Virus record (IMG/VR): IMGVR_UViG_3300026196_000005
Reading direction: 5' to 3' (one strand)
Length of the DNA stretch: 64,000 bases
From: a virus
The notes beneath the pieces are model-generated. The model saw nothing but the letters and a program-made list of their open reading frames with translations. It searched no databases and was not told the origin of the DNA. This document shows, piece by piece, positions 8,808 through 17,628 of the stretch (positions are counted from its first letter, which is position 1; each line of letters starts with the position of its first letter). The position numbers were made by a program, and so were the translations under genes.

Positions 8808-11800
8808 ATGGCACTAGAGAAAATAGGGGTTGAAGCCACAATTGAGGGGTTGTCATCTTTCCGGCGCGGCATAGGCCAGATGGATGATGATGTTCGTGGT
8901 TTTGGCCGTTCTGCTGATGGTATTGTCCCTGGCTTAAATAGTATGGGTGATTCGCTGTTAAAAATTGGCGGCATTGCGGCGGGTGCGTTGGTGGCTGGAT
9001 TAGCAGCGGCTACGACTGGCATAATTGCTTTTACTGGTAGTGGTATCAAAGCGGCAATCGACATGGAAGATCAAATGGGCAACATTGCCGCTGTAATGAA
9101 TACCACGAAAGATGATATTCAGCCGCTATCTGATTTGATTGTTGATTTAGGTATTGATCCCGGCTTAAAAGTCACAGCCGAAGAAGCTGCGAATGCTATA
9201 GAACTATTGGCGCGTAATGGTTTGACCATGCAGGAAATCTTAGACGGCGCGGCAAGGTCTACCGTTTTGCTGGCAAATGCGACGGGTGCTGAATTTGGCA
9301 ATGCGGCCAATATTGCTACTGATGCAATGGCTATTTTTAATATCGAAGCTAAGGACATGCAAGGGGCAGTTGACGGCATAGTGTCAGTCACGACTAATTC
9401 AAAGTTTACCATTGACGATTACAGCCTAGCTTTGCGGAATGGTGGAGCCGCAGCGGCTATTATGAATGTGTCAATGGAAGATTTTAATGCTGTAATTGCT
9501 ACTAGTGCTGATGAAATGGGCAGCGGTATGAAGGCGGGTACTGGGTTTAGGAATTTCCTAACCAGATTAACGCCTGCTAGTGACAAAGCAGCAGAGGCCA
9601 TGCAGCAATTGGGGCTAGTTACATCTGCTGGTACTAATATGTTTTTTGATGCCAACGGGCAATTGAAAAGCATGGCGGAAGTAAGCGGCATTTTGGAAAA
9701 TGCACTATTTGGCACCTCCACTGCAATGGTTGAAGTGGGCGGTCGAACGGCAGCGCAAAATGAAGAACTTGCTAGATTACAAGGTATTTATAATCGTACG
9801 CTAATCTCAATTCAGGATTATGAAACAGGGGTAAAAGGTGCTGGTTTATCAGATGAGGCCAGAGCTAATAAATTAGAAGATTTGCAATTACAACTTGCCA
9901 ATACGGCGGCGGTTATGGGGCCATTAAACGCCATACAGGGTGATTTAATCGAAACAACTAATACCCTAACTGATGCCGAAAGAAGCGCGTACTTAGAAAC
10001 CATATTCGGGGCAGACGCTTTAGGTACTGCTATTGCTCTTTCCAAAGAAGGGGCAGATGGTTTTGCAGAATTAGCCGCGTCAATGTCGGAAACAAAGTCA
10101 GCAGCGGCGGCATTGGAACGAATGGATTCTGTTGCTGGTGTAATGGAAATTATTAGCAGTGTTATTGACGGTTTGAAACTACAAATTGGACAAGCATTTT
10201 TACCGCTTATTAGAGATTTGGCAGATAATTTTTTGGTCTTTGTTCAGAATGTCGGGCCAAAGGTGGTAAAAGCATTTGAAAATATATCAGGTGGTATTAG
10301 TGAATTTGTTAGTTTATTGCAAGATGGCGAATCGCCACTAGATGCTTTTTTTGGTGGACTGGAAAAAGGCGGCATATCAAAAGATTTTATTAAGCAATTA
10401 AAAGATGCGGTTAAAGCAATAGATGATTTTGTCACGCCAATTATAGAATTTGTAAAAGACCATGCAAAAGAATTTAAGGGCGCATTAGTTGGTATCGGTG
10501 CTGTTTTGGGAGCTGGTATTATCGTATCCGTTCTCACCACAATTGGCGGTTTAATTGCTGCTTTAATTTCACCTATCGGCTTGCTAATTGTTGGATTTGC
10601 TGCACTTGGTGCGGCAATATCTCATTTTGGCGGTATTCAGCAGATTATTGAAAACATTCGCAATTTTATAACTGAAACTGACTTTGCCGCTTTGGGGCAA
10701 GATTTAATCACAAAATTTTTAGAGGGAATGTCTAATTTAGGCGAGTCTTTTGGAACATGGGCTGGCAACCTTTTAGTATCAATTACTGAATCAATAAATA
10801 ACATAGATTGGATAGCAGTAGGTGAAAGTGTCATTACATTTATTGGCAATGCTATAGCTGGGGCGGTTGGCTTAATTGCATTGGCAGTTACGGGATTATT
10901 TAATTTTTTCAAAGGAACCTCTGACTCGCAAGACTGGGCAAGCATTGGATTAGATTTATTAAACTCAATTTTAGATGCTTTATCTGGTTTTGTTGCTGGT
11001 GTATTGCCTGTCTTACAGGGTTGGTATCAATCATTTATCAGTTGGGTTCAGTCGGTTGATTGGCTGGCAATTGGCAATTCAATTGTCACATTTGTTTTGA
11101 ATGGCTTGAATAACTTTATTTCATTCGTTGGGGAAACACTATCGGGCTGGTGGACTTCGTTTACAACATGGGTGGATAGTGTTGACTGGGTGCAAATTGG
11201 CCTAAATATTGTGATGTTTGTCATCGAAGGTTTAGTAAATTTTGTAGCAAATGTAGCCGAAACTCTAGGCACATGGTATCAGGCATTTGCTGACTGGGTA
11301 GAATCAATCGATTGGAAACAGATCGGCTATGATATTGTCACTTTTATTATTGATGCATTTCAATTCTTTAATGAGGAAGTACCAGCAACACTTGATCAGT
11401 GGGCGCAAAATTTCGTTGACTGGGTAACCGAAACCGACTGGAAACAAATGGCAATCAATCTGATTGTCGATATGGTAGTCGGTTTGGGTGAATTCTGGTT
11501 TTATGCACAGCCTAAAATTCAGGCATGGTGGACTTCAATTAAAGACTGGTTTGATAGTATTGACTGGGCAGCATTGGGACAAACTATTATAGATGGTGTA
11601 GTAAGCGCAATTACTAATGGAGCCGCAGCTATTGCAGGTGCCATTGGCGATATGATACAGGGTGCTATTGATGCCGCAAAAGATGCATTAAATTCCCACT
11701 CTCCATCAAAGGTATTTTATGATATTGGCACAAATATCGGTCTAGGTTTGATTGGTGGCATTAATGCTATTGCGCCATCGGTGCAAGAATCAATCGCTGC

Positions 11801-12602
11801 TTTATTTGATATTGGCGGTGCATTGGGTGGAATTGGCGGCGGTTTTGTTAATCAATTGAAAAATGATATTTTGCCAGAATTAGAAGCGGCGGTTGAAAAT
11901 AGGCAATTCAATCTTGATTCATTGATGTCTAGTTTTACCGATAAATTTGGGATAGAAACCGATCCGACGAGTTTGGTCAATGCGTATTTTGCCGCAATTC
12001 ATAGCGGCAATACTGAAATGCAAAAAGATATTGAGTCCATTTGGCGCGTACAGGGTGAATTAAACGGAGCAACAGCGGAATATGAACAAGCACAAGCCAG
12101 CATTGTGGCATTGCAAAAAGCACAAGCCGACCTTGCATTTTTAGAGCAGCAGCAAAAATTACTTGATTTGATTACCGAAAATGGGCTAAATGCAAAGGAT
12201 ATTTTAGGCGGTTTGGAGCTTGGCTTGGGGGCAGATACACAAGGATTAGTCGAGGCCATGACCCGTGCAATTCAGGCAATTATTGAACAGGCGAATGACC
12301 AATTGCAAATTGCCTCACCATCTGGCGTATTCAAACAAATTGGCAAATACATTACAACTGGTTTGGCGGAGGGCATTGATCAAACCTCTACCAGTCCGGC
12401 ACAGGCTATGGAATCAATGATAAATCGCATGGTACAACCTGTGCAAAGTCAGGCGGCTATGCCATCGGTAATCAATCAGCCATCGACTACTACCGTTACC
12501 AAAACAGCACAAGTTGATATGTCTGGTATGCAAGTTGGGAATGAAATGGATTTACAATTCTTGGGTGACTTCATTTTGCAGAAAGTTTCAGAGGCTATCT
12601 AA
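8808..12602 (+). CDS. tail tape measure protein
   Basis: 1264 aa, Ala/Gly/Ile-rich. N-terminal TP901-type core-like region (AAVMNTTKDDIQPLSDLIVDLG...AANAIELLARNGL), TM-like central segments, W-periodic internal repeats, position after the chaperones. Confidence 0.9.
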   Translation: MALEKIGVEATIEGLSSFRRGIGQMDDDVRGFGRSADGIVPGLNSMGDSLLKIGGIAAGALVAGLAAATTGIIAFTGSGIKAAIDMEDQMGNIAAVMNTTKDDIQPLSDLIVDLGIDPGLKVTAEEAANAIELLARNGLTMQEILDGAARSTVLLANATGAEFGNAANIATDAMAIFNIEAKDMQGAVDGIVSVTTNSKFTIDDYSLALRNGGAAAAIMNVSMEDFNAVIATSADEMGSGMKAGTGFRNFLTRLTPASDKAAEAMQQLGLVTSAGTNMFFDANGQLKSMAEVSGILENALFGTSTAMVEVGGRTAAQNEELARLQGIYNRTLISIQDYETGVKGAGLSDEARANKLEDLQLQLANTAAVMGPLNAIQGDLIETTNTLTDAERSAYLETIFGADALGTAIALSKEGADGFAELAASMSETKSAAAALERMDSVAGVMEIISSVIDGLKLQIGQAFLPLIRDLADNFLVFVQNVGPKVVKAFENISGGISEFVSLLQDGESPLDAFFGGLEKGGISKDFIKQLKDAVKAIDDFVTPIIEFVKDHAKEFKGALVGIGAVLGAGIIVSVLTTIGGLIAALISPIGLLIVGFAALGAAISHFGGIQQIIENIRNFITETDFAALGQDLITKFLEGMSNLGESFGTWAGNLLVSITESINNIDWIAVGESVITFIGNAIAGAVGLIALAVTGLFNFFKGTSDSQDWASIGLDLLNSILDALSGFVAGVLPVLQGWYQSFISWVQSVDWLAIGNSIVTFVLNGLNNFISFVGETLSGWWTSFTTWVDSVDWVQIGLNIVMFVIEGLVNFVANVAETLGTWYQAFADWVESIDWKQIGYDIVTFIIDAFQFFNEEVPATLDQWAQNFVDWVTETDWKQMAINLIVDMVVGLGEFWFYAQPKIQAWWTSIKDWFDSIDWAALGQTIIDGVVSAITNGAAAIAGAIGDMIQGAIDAAKDALNSHSPSKVFYDIGTNIGLGLIGGINAIAPSVQESIAALFDIGGALGGIGGGFVNQLKNDILPELEAAVENRQFNLDSLMSSFTDKFGIETDPTSLVNAYFAAIHSGNTEMQKDIESIWRVQGELNGATAEYEQAQASIVALQKAQADLAFLEQQQKLLDLITENGLNAKDILGGLELGLGADTQGLVEAMTRAIQAIIEQANDQLQIASPSGVFKQIGKYITTGLAEGIDQTSTSPAQAMESMINRMVQPVQSQAAMPSVINQPSTTTVTKTAQVDMSGMQVGNEMDLQFLGDFILQKVSEAI
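10800..11620 (+). repeat. degenerate in-frame tandem repeats (~40 aa period) inside the tape measure
   Basis: Six units of the type xDW-x2-(I/L/M)G-x2-I(V/I)-x-F...(W)...(SF/AF)-x-(S/D)W(V/F)-x-S(V/I)DW: IDWIAVGESVITFI, VDWLAIGNSIVTFV, VDWVQIGLNIVMFV, IDWKQIGYDIVTFI, TDWKQMAINLIVDM, IDWAALGQTIIDGV. Confidence 0.6.
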
Positions 12603-14590
12603 TGACGGATGCAATTTTAAGGATAACAGATGGCACTACCTATATTAGTTTGATTGACGAATCAAGCGGTTTTCATCTGGTTAATTGGGTTCCTGCTATT
12701 ACTGATTATAAAGGCGGCGGTATTTTTCAAGACCCGCCGTTAGCCGACTGGCGGCAATTGCGCGTGGCAAAATGGGCAACAGCACAGGAGCAATTTGGCC
12801 TGACAATTAACGGTCAAAATCCTGACAATGTTGCTTATAATTTGCAAGAGTTGCGGCGGTTGCTGGAAAAGGCAAATGCTTACTGGACAACTGATTGGCA
12901 GAATACACCTGTTTATCTAAAGGCAAAAGCGAAATGTGAGACTAATACCCGGTATTGTTTGGTGGTAAAGGGTCGCTTGGGAAATGACCAAAATTACTAT
13001 CGTCAACCGTTTACAGGCATTAAAACCACTATGCGAGATTTGCCGCTGGCAATTGAGCGGCGCGAGTGGTTGCAAGAGATACCGGGTTCTAGTAATGCAA
13101 TTGCAATTAGTTCTGTTGAGGATTATGAAAGCAATTCGTATGGCAATGTAGATAGTTCTGGTGTAAGGCAAGCTGTTACAACTGCTGATGTTTTTGTTGC
13201 CAACCGTAGAAATGTGGCAAATATTACAACAATTCAACAGTCAACAGCGGCAAATATTTGGGGAAGTGCCTTGCCGTATACTATTGTGGGGACTGGAGGA
13301 AGTAACGAAACCGAGTTCGGAATTGATACCAGCTTAACTGATTCTGGGCCGTTTTCTAATATTGTATTTGATATTTCACAGGCGCAAGTTGGGGGGACTG
13401 GTGGTGTATGGGAATATTGGGATGGTAGTGCATGGACTGCACTTTCTATTATCAGAGATGAGACAGATTCATTTTTGAATACTGGCGTTAGGGTTGTTTC
13501 ATTTCAGCAACCTAACGACTGGGCAACAAATACGCCAATTGGTGTGACAGATGGATATTTTATTCGTTTTAGATATGCGACAACAAATGCAACACAAGCG
13601 GTAATTATCCAAAATAGACAACCGTATAGCGTTGTTTGGCCGTATGTAGAAATTCAAAGCAATATTATCGGTGGTGATATTCCTGCATTGGTTAAAAGCA
13701 TTGTACAAAATCGCTATATTGATATTAACGACCTAAACGGGATTGGCCGTATTCAAAGGGTGATTGTCGGGTTGCGTAGCATGGATCGCGGTGCTGATTT
13801 TACGCCAGTTCTGAATGTAGCAGATGAACAAAATCCAGCAGGCATATCGATAGCATTGGGCGGAGCATCTTTTGTTGACGACTCGGAATCGCCAACCGGA
13901 CGCGCTGCACAATCAACAACGACAGGCACAAAGGTAATCGCATTTACAATAGATGAAACATTGGCTAGTCAGTATTTAGGTTCATATCATGTTTGGCTTA
14001 TTACTGGTACGGGCATTCCTGTAGACACGACATTTTACATTCAATATACTATTGGCAGTACCGGGTCAACTGTTGAATTGCCTTCTGTTGGAAGGGAAGC
14101 CATAACTATTTCTGATAACTTTGCAATTGATTTAGGGCAATTGATTTTAGCTCCCACTGAATTTAATGATCCTGATGAAATAGAAATACGAATAAATATT
14201 GTTTATGCTAGTACCGCTACAATAAATTATTGGCAAGTTTGGTTAATGCCAATTGATGAATACGCTGCTGATTTTTATCCCGCAGGAACATTTAATACTG
14301 ATAGAATTTTAGGCAATGCTAATATAGGATATTTAGATTCAATATCAGTAAGAAAAGGTAGAAATTCGCCATCTGGTATCGTGCGCGAAACTACTAATAA
14401 TGATGTAGCTATGAATTTACAAGTAGTTGCCAATGGTCAATTTATTTTACAGTCTGGAAAGCAGCAAAGGCTATATTTTTTGACTATGCGACGATCTTCT
14501 AATCCGCAATGGCAAATTGGAACCGAGTTAATGATGTCTGTGCAACTTGAAACTGTGCAGCGTTATTTATCCCTCCGAGGCAACCGATGA
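12602..14590 (+). CDS. tail/baseplate structural protein (distal-tail position)
   Basis: 662-aa ORF; its start overlaps the tape measure stop (ATGA). Assigned by position only. Confidence 0.45.
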   Translation: MTDAILRITDGTTYISLIDESSGFHLVNWVPAITDYKGGGIFQDPPLADWRQLRVAKWATAQEQFGLTINGQNPDNVAYNLQELRRLLEKANAYWTTDWQNTPVYLKAKAKCETNTRYCLVVKGRLGNDQNYYRQPFTGIKTTMRDLPLAIERREWLQEIPGSSNAIAISSVEDYESNSYGNVDSSGVRQAVTTADVFVANRRNVANITTIQQSTAANIWGSALPYTIVGTGGSNETEFGIDTSLTDSGPFSNIVFDISQAQVGGTGGVWEYWDGSAWTALSIIRDETDSFLNTGVRVVSFQQPNDWATNTPIGVTDGYFIRFRYATTNATQAVIIQNRQPYSVVWPYVEIQSNIIGGDIPALVKSIVQNRYIDINDLNGIGRIQRVIVGLRSMDRGADFTPVLNVADEQNPAGISIALGGASFVDDSESPTGRAAQSTTTGTKVIAFTIDETLASQYLGSYHVWLITGTGIPVDTTFYIQYTIGSTGSTVELPSVGREAITISDNFAIDLGQLILAPTEFNDPDEIEIRINIVYASTATINYWQVWLMPIDEYAADFYPAGTFNTDRILGNANIGYLDSISVRKGRNSPSGIVRETTNNDVAMNLQVVANGQFILQSGKQQRLYFLTMRRSSNPQWQIGTELMMSVQLETVQRYLSLRGNR

Positions 14591-15810
14591 AAATTGCAAT
14601 ACTGACAGATTTATTAAATTATGACCCGGCATACTCCATTTGTGGAGCCGTGAAAAACCAATTGCTTATGCTGCAAATGCGCGGTTATAACCCTGTATTG
14701 GTTGTCAAAAATGGCTATGATGATTCATTCCGTCAATATGGCAATCCTAAAATAATTGAGATAAATCAGGGCAAATGTGACAATGTTGTCAAAATTGACA
14801 ATGATACAGAATCGGAAATTGAGCATATTTACAACGAACTCATGACCACCATACCGGGTTTTGATGCCATCGTAACGAATGACTTAATTTACCAGCCAGC
14901 AATGTGGAAAATGCACGTAGCAGCGCGGCGGTTTGCTATTGAAAATCCTGATATAAAATGGCTTCATTTGGTTCATTCTGCCACTAAAATGGATGTCATT
15001 AGGCAAGCTGGAAAATATCAGAAAGAATTATTAGGCAAGTTTCCTCATTCAACTTTGGCGGTTTTTGACAATGAGGAAAAGATACGTAAAGCGGGGTTGT
15101 ATGGCTACGAAGTCGATGAAACAGCGATAGTGCCTAATACGCTGGACATTACAGAATATTATGAGCCACTCACAAAAAAAGTAATTGCCGACAATAAATT
15201 ATGGCAAGCCGACATGATAGCAGTTTACCCGTGCCGATTAGACCGGGGGAAACAGCCACACATCGTTATAGAAATTTTTGAGCAACTTAACGAGATGGGT
15301 TTTTATGCGCCTGTCGTTGTGGCAGATTTTCACTCAACAGGCGGTGATAAAAAGACTTACCGTGATGAATTGCGCCAAATGGCCGGAATTAAAACGCCTG
15401 TCATTTTTATGTCAGATTATGCACCTTACCATGTGCCTCATAAGGTTATTCGTGAACTGTTTGAATATGGTGATATTCTGGTACATCCTAGCCGATCCGA
15501 AACTGATTCAATTGTAGCCATTGAAGCGGCATGGGCTAGATGCGGCTTGGTTTTGAATATGGACTTACGTCCGTTTCACCAGTGGCAGGAATTGGTGTGG
15601 GGCAAATTTAGCGCAAATATTGACATCACCACTGGTTTACTCGGCACAACTGAAACGAATTATGCAGATCGCAAAATGTACATGAAAAATATTGCTAATC
15701 AGATTGTTTATCATATGAGCAATAACCCTGTATTGGCGGGGCATGTGCGAGTGCGACAGGTGAAAAGCTTAGAGGCGGTTAGCTGCCAATTAGCAGCCGC
15801 ATTATCATGA
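14587..15810 (+). CDS. GT4-like (GT-B fold) glycosyltransferase
   Basis: ILVHPSRSETDSIVAIEAAWARCGLVLN matches the E-x7-E retaining-GT motif; 407 aa; start overlaps the upstream stop. Confidence 0.6.
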   Translation: MKIAILTDLLNYDPAYSICGAVKNQLLMLQMRGYNPVLVVKNGYDDSFRQYGNPKIIEINQGKCDNVVKIDNDTESEIEHIYNELMTTIPGFDAIVTNDLIYQPAMWKMHVAARRFAIENPDIKWLHLVHSATKMDVIRQAGKYQKELLGKFPHSTLAVFDNEEKIRKAGLYGYEVDETAIVPNTLDITEYYEPLTKKVIADNKLWQADMIAVYPCRLDRGKQPHIVIEIFEQLNEMGFYAPVVVADFHSTGGDKKTYRDELRQMAGIKTPVIFMSDYAPYHVPHKVIRELFEYGDILVHPSRSETDSIVAIEAAWARCGLVLNMDLRPFHQWQELVWGKFSANIDITTGLLGTTETNYADRKMYMKNIANQIVYHMSNNPVLAGHVRVRQVKSLEAVSCQLAAALS

Positions 15811-16310
15811 ACTATTTAGATATAATGCCAACCATACAGGGTTCAAAAATCTTGGTAACAGGGCCGCAAAGAAGCGGTACAACCATATGCGCTAAAATTC
15901 TAGCTCATGATTTGGGCTACAATTTTTACACTGAGGAACATATCAATATTAGCAGTTTTGAAGCTGCCAAAAAGATGGTTGAAACTCAAGATAAATTTGT
16001 TTTGCAATGTCCAGCAATTTGTCATGTCATTCATGAGTTGGATGCAACCATTATTATGGTAAGCAGACCGGTACATGAGATTGTAGCCAGTGAAGCAAGG
16101 ATTGGTTGGCAAGGTGAGCGGCAAAATGAATTGAAAAAATACAATCGCTCAAATGGTATTATTTCGCTGGTGAAATATCAGGCATGGTATACATGGCAAA
16201 AAGCATTGTGTAAGGAATCATATGAGATTGATTATCATTCGCTCGACTCTCATGAGCTTTGGGTGTCGATTGAAAAACGGCATGGTTTTGGCAAAAGGCA
16301 AACATCATGA
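15807..16310 (+). CDS. sulfotransferase-like P-loop protein
   Basis: ILVTGPQRSGTT resembles the 5'-PSB PAPS-binding loop, and SRPVHEIVAS resembles the 3'-PB motif; embedded between two glycosyltransferases. Confidence 0.45.
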   Translation: MNYLDIMPTIQGSKILVTGPQRSGTTICAKILAHDLGYNFYTEEHINISSFEAAKKMVETQDKFVLQCPAICHVIHELDATIIMVSRPVHEIVASEARIGWQGERQNELKKYNRSNGIISLVKYQAWYTWQKALCKESYEIDYHSLDSHELWVSIEKRHGFGKRQTS

Positions 16311-16972
16311 TTCACGTAATTATTCCTTGCTATTTGCTGCCTGATAACAATAATGCTTTGCTTAAGTGGACAGCGCGATGCGTTGAATCATTGCGTGAAA
16401 ATACATCTCAACCATACCGGGTTTTAATTATTGATAACGGTTCTCAAATGGGAACTGGCTATTTGATGGCAATTTCAACCAGTGGCTATTATCGGCGTAA
16501 TCCGTCTAATTATGGTTTTGCAAGGGCAGTCAATCAGGGATTAAAAATATCAATGGATGCTGACTGGATTGTAGTTGCCAACAATGATATAGAATTTTTG
16601 CCTAACTGGTTTGAGTATATGTCAAGCGCGTGGGATGAAAAGACGGGCGTAATATCCTCGCACCTACATGCGCACGATCCTGAACATAAAGCGGGTGTGC
16701 AAGATGCAACAGTTGGTACTATGTTTGGTGCGTTATGGATGACAAAACCCGGTATTGTGGTTGATGTTGGTTTGCTGGATGAAGGTTATAAGTTTGGCTA
16801 TTTTGAAGATCGGGATTATTGGCAACGTGTTTTGGCCGCTGGCTATACGATGAAAAAGGCAGGATGGTGTAACCATGCGGGAAATGCTACCAGTGGCAAA
16901 CTCAAAAACATGAATGAGTTTTTTATGGCAAATAAGAAACGATATGAGGAAAAATGGCAAATAAAATCTTAA
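16307..16972 (+). CDS. GT2-family glycosyltransferase
   Basis: IHVIIPCY...VLIIDNGS...VANNDIEF...YFEDRDYW: typical GT-A/GT2 layout, 221 aa. Confidence 0.75.
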   Translation: MIHVIIPCYLLPDNNNALLKWTARCVESLRENTSQPYRVLIIDNGSQMGTGYLMAISTSGYYRRNPSNYGFARAVNQGLKISMDADWIVVANNDIEFLPNWFEYMSSAWDEKTGVISSHLHAHDPEHKAGVQDATVGTMFGALWMTKPGIVVDVGLLDEGYKFGYFEDRDYWQRVLAAGYTMKKAGWCNHAGNATSGKLKNMNEFFMANKKRYEEKWQIKS

Positions 16973-17628
16973 AATCAATTGGCTTTATTGCTGGTTTGCT
17001 TTTGGCAATCTGGCTGTTTTCATCGGCAAGTGCTGAAAGTTCAACCATTTCATACTGGGTAATTACTGTGCGCGGCTCGTATATGGATGTCTGGGTAGAT
17101 TGTAATAGTGAAATAACCACTATTGAACATCTTGACGGCATGTCTCAGCCGGGTGGCTGGAATAAACATTCTATAGATGTTGACTTGTCTGGTTGTGATG
17201 TTTTGCGAGTGGGTTTTACCAGTGAATTTCCTCAAAATTCGTTGGGCTGGAAAATTAAAGGAATTGCAATAGATGGCGTTGTAATTCCTAATGGTTGTTT
17301 TGAGAATGGCGGTTTGACGGGATGGGAATTGCCCGATGTTGGATGGTCGCTATCTGTGGCAGGTGGTACTAAAAATCTAATACCAGAGGATTGCGAGGGA
17401 CGGTATGCTGCGAAGCATGGGCCAATTTCCACTAATGGCAATGGGACGGCAAATGTACCAGCCACAATTTTCAAAACTATCTATCCTGGTATAAAACCAG
17501 AGCCAACAGCTACCAGTAATGCAACAATGGAACCAACACTACAGCCAACAAATACACCTATGCCAACCGCCACAAATACCGGGTGTTTTTATAATCATTG
17601 CAACTATCTGCCAATATTGGGAAAATAA
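16954..17628 (+). CDS. signal-anchored/secreted beta-rich protein with Pro/Thr linker
   Basis: N-terminal hydrophobic segment ending SSASA. C-terminal PEPTATSNATMEPTLQPTNTPMPTATNT linker. Confidence 0.45.
   Translation: MANKILKSIGFIAGLLLAIWLFSSASAESSTISYWVITVRGSYMDVWVDCNSEITTIEHLDGMSQPGGWNKHSIDVDLSGCDVLRVGFTSEFPQNSLGWKIKGIAIDGVVIPNGCFENGGLTGWELPDVGWSLSVAGGTKNLIPEDCEGRYAAKHGPISTNGNGTANVPATIFKTIYPGIKPEPTATSNATMEPTLQPTNTPMPTATNTGCFYNHCNYLPILGK

Noticed and set aside
9119-12259. Series of 74-102-aa ORFs on the minus strand inside the tape measure gene (9119..9412, 9419..9721, 9818..10045, 10244..10540, 10637..10945, 11048..11272, 11999..12259)
   Set aside because: They are antisense shadows of a long GC-skewed, Ala/Gly/Ile-rich coding frame. 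They have no RBSs and low-complexity products, and the + strand ORF is unambiguous.
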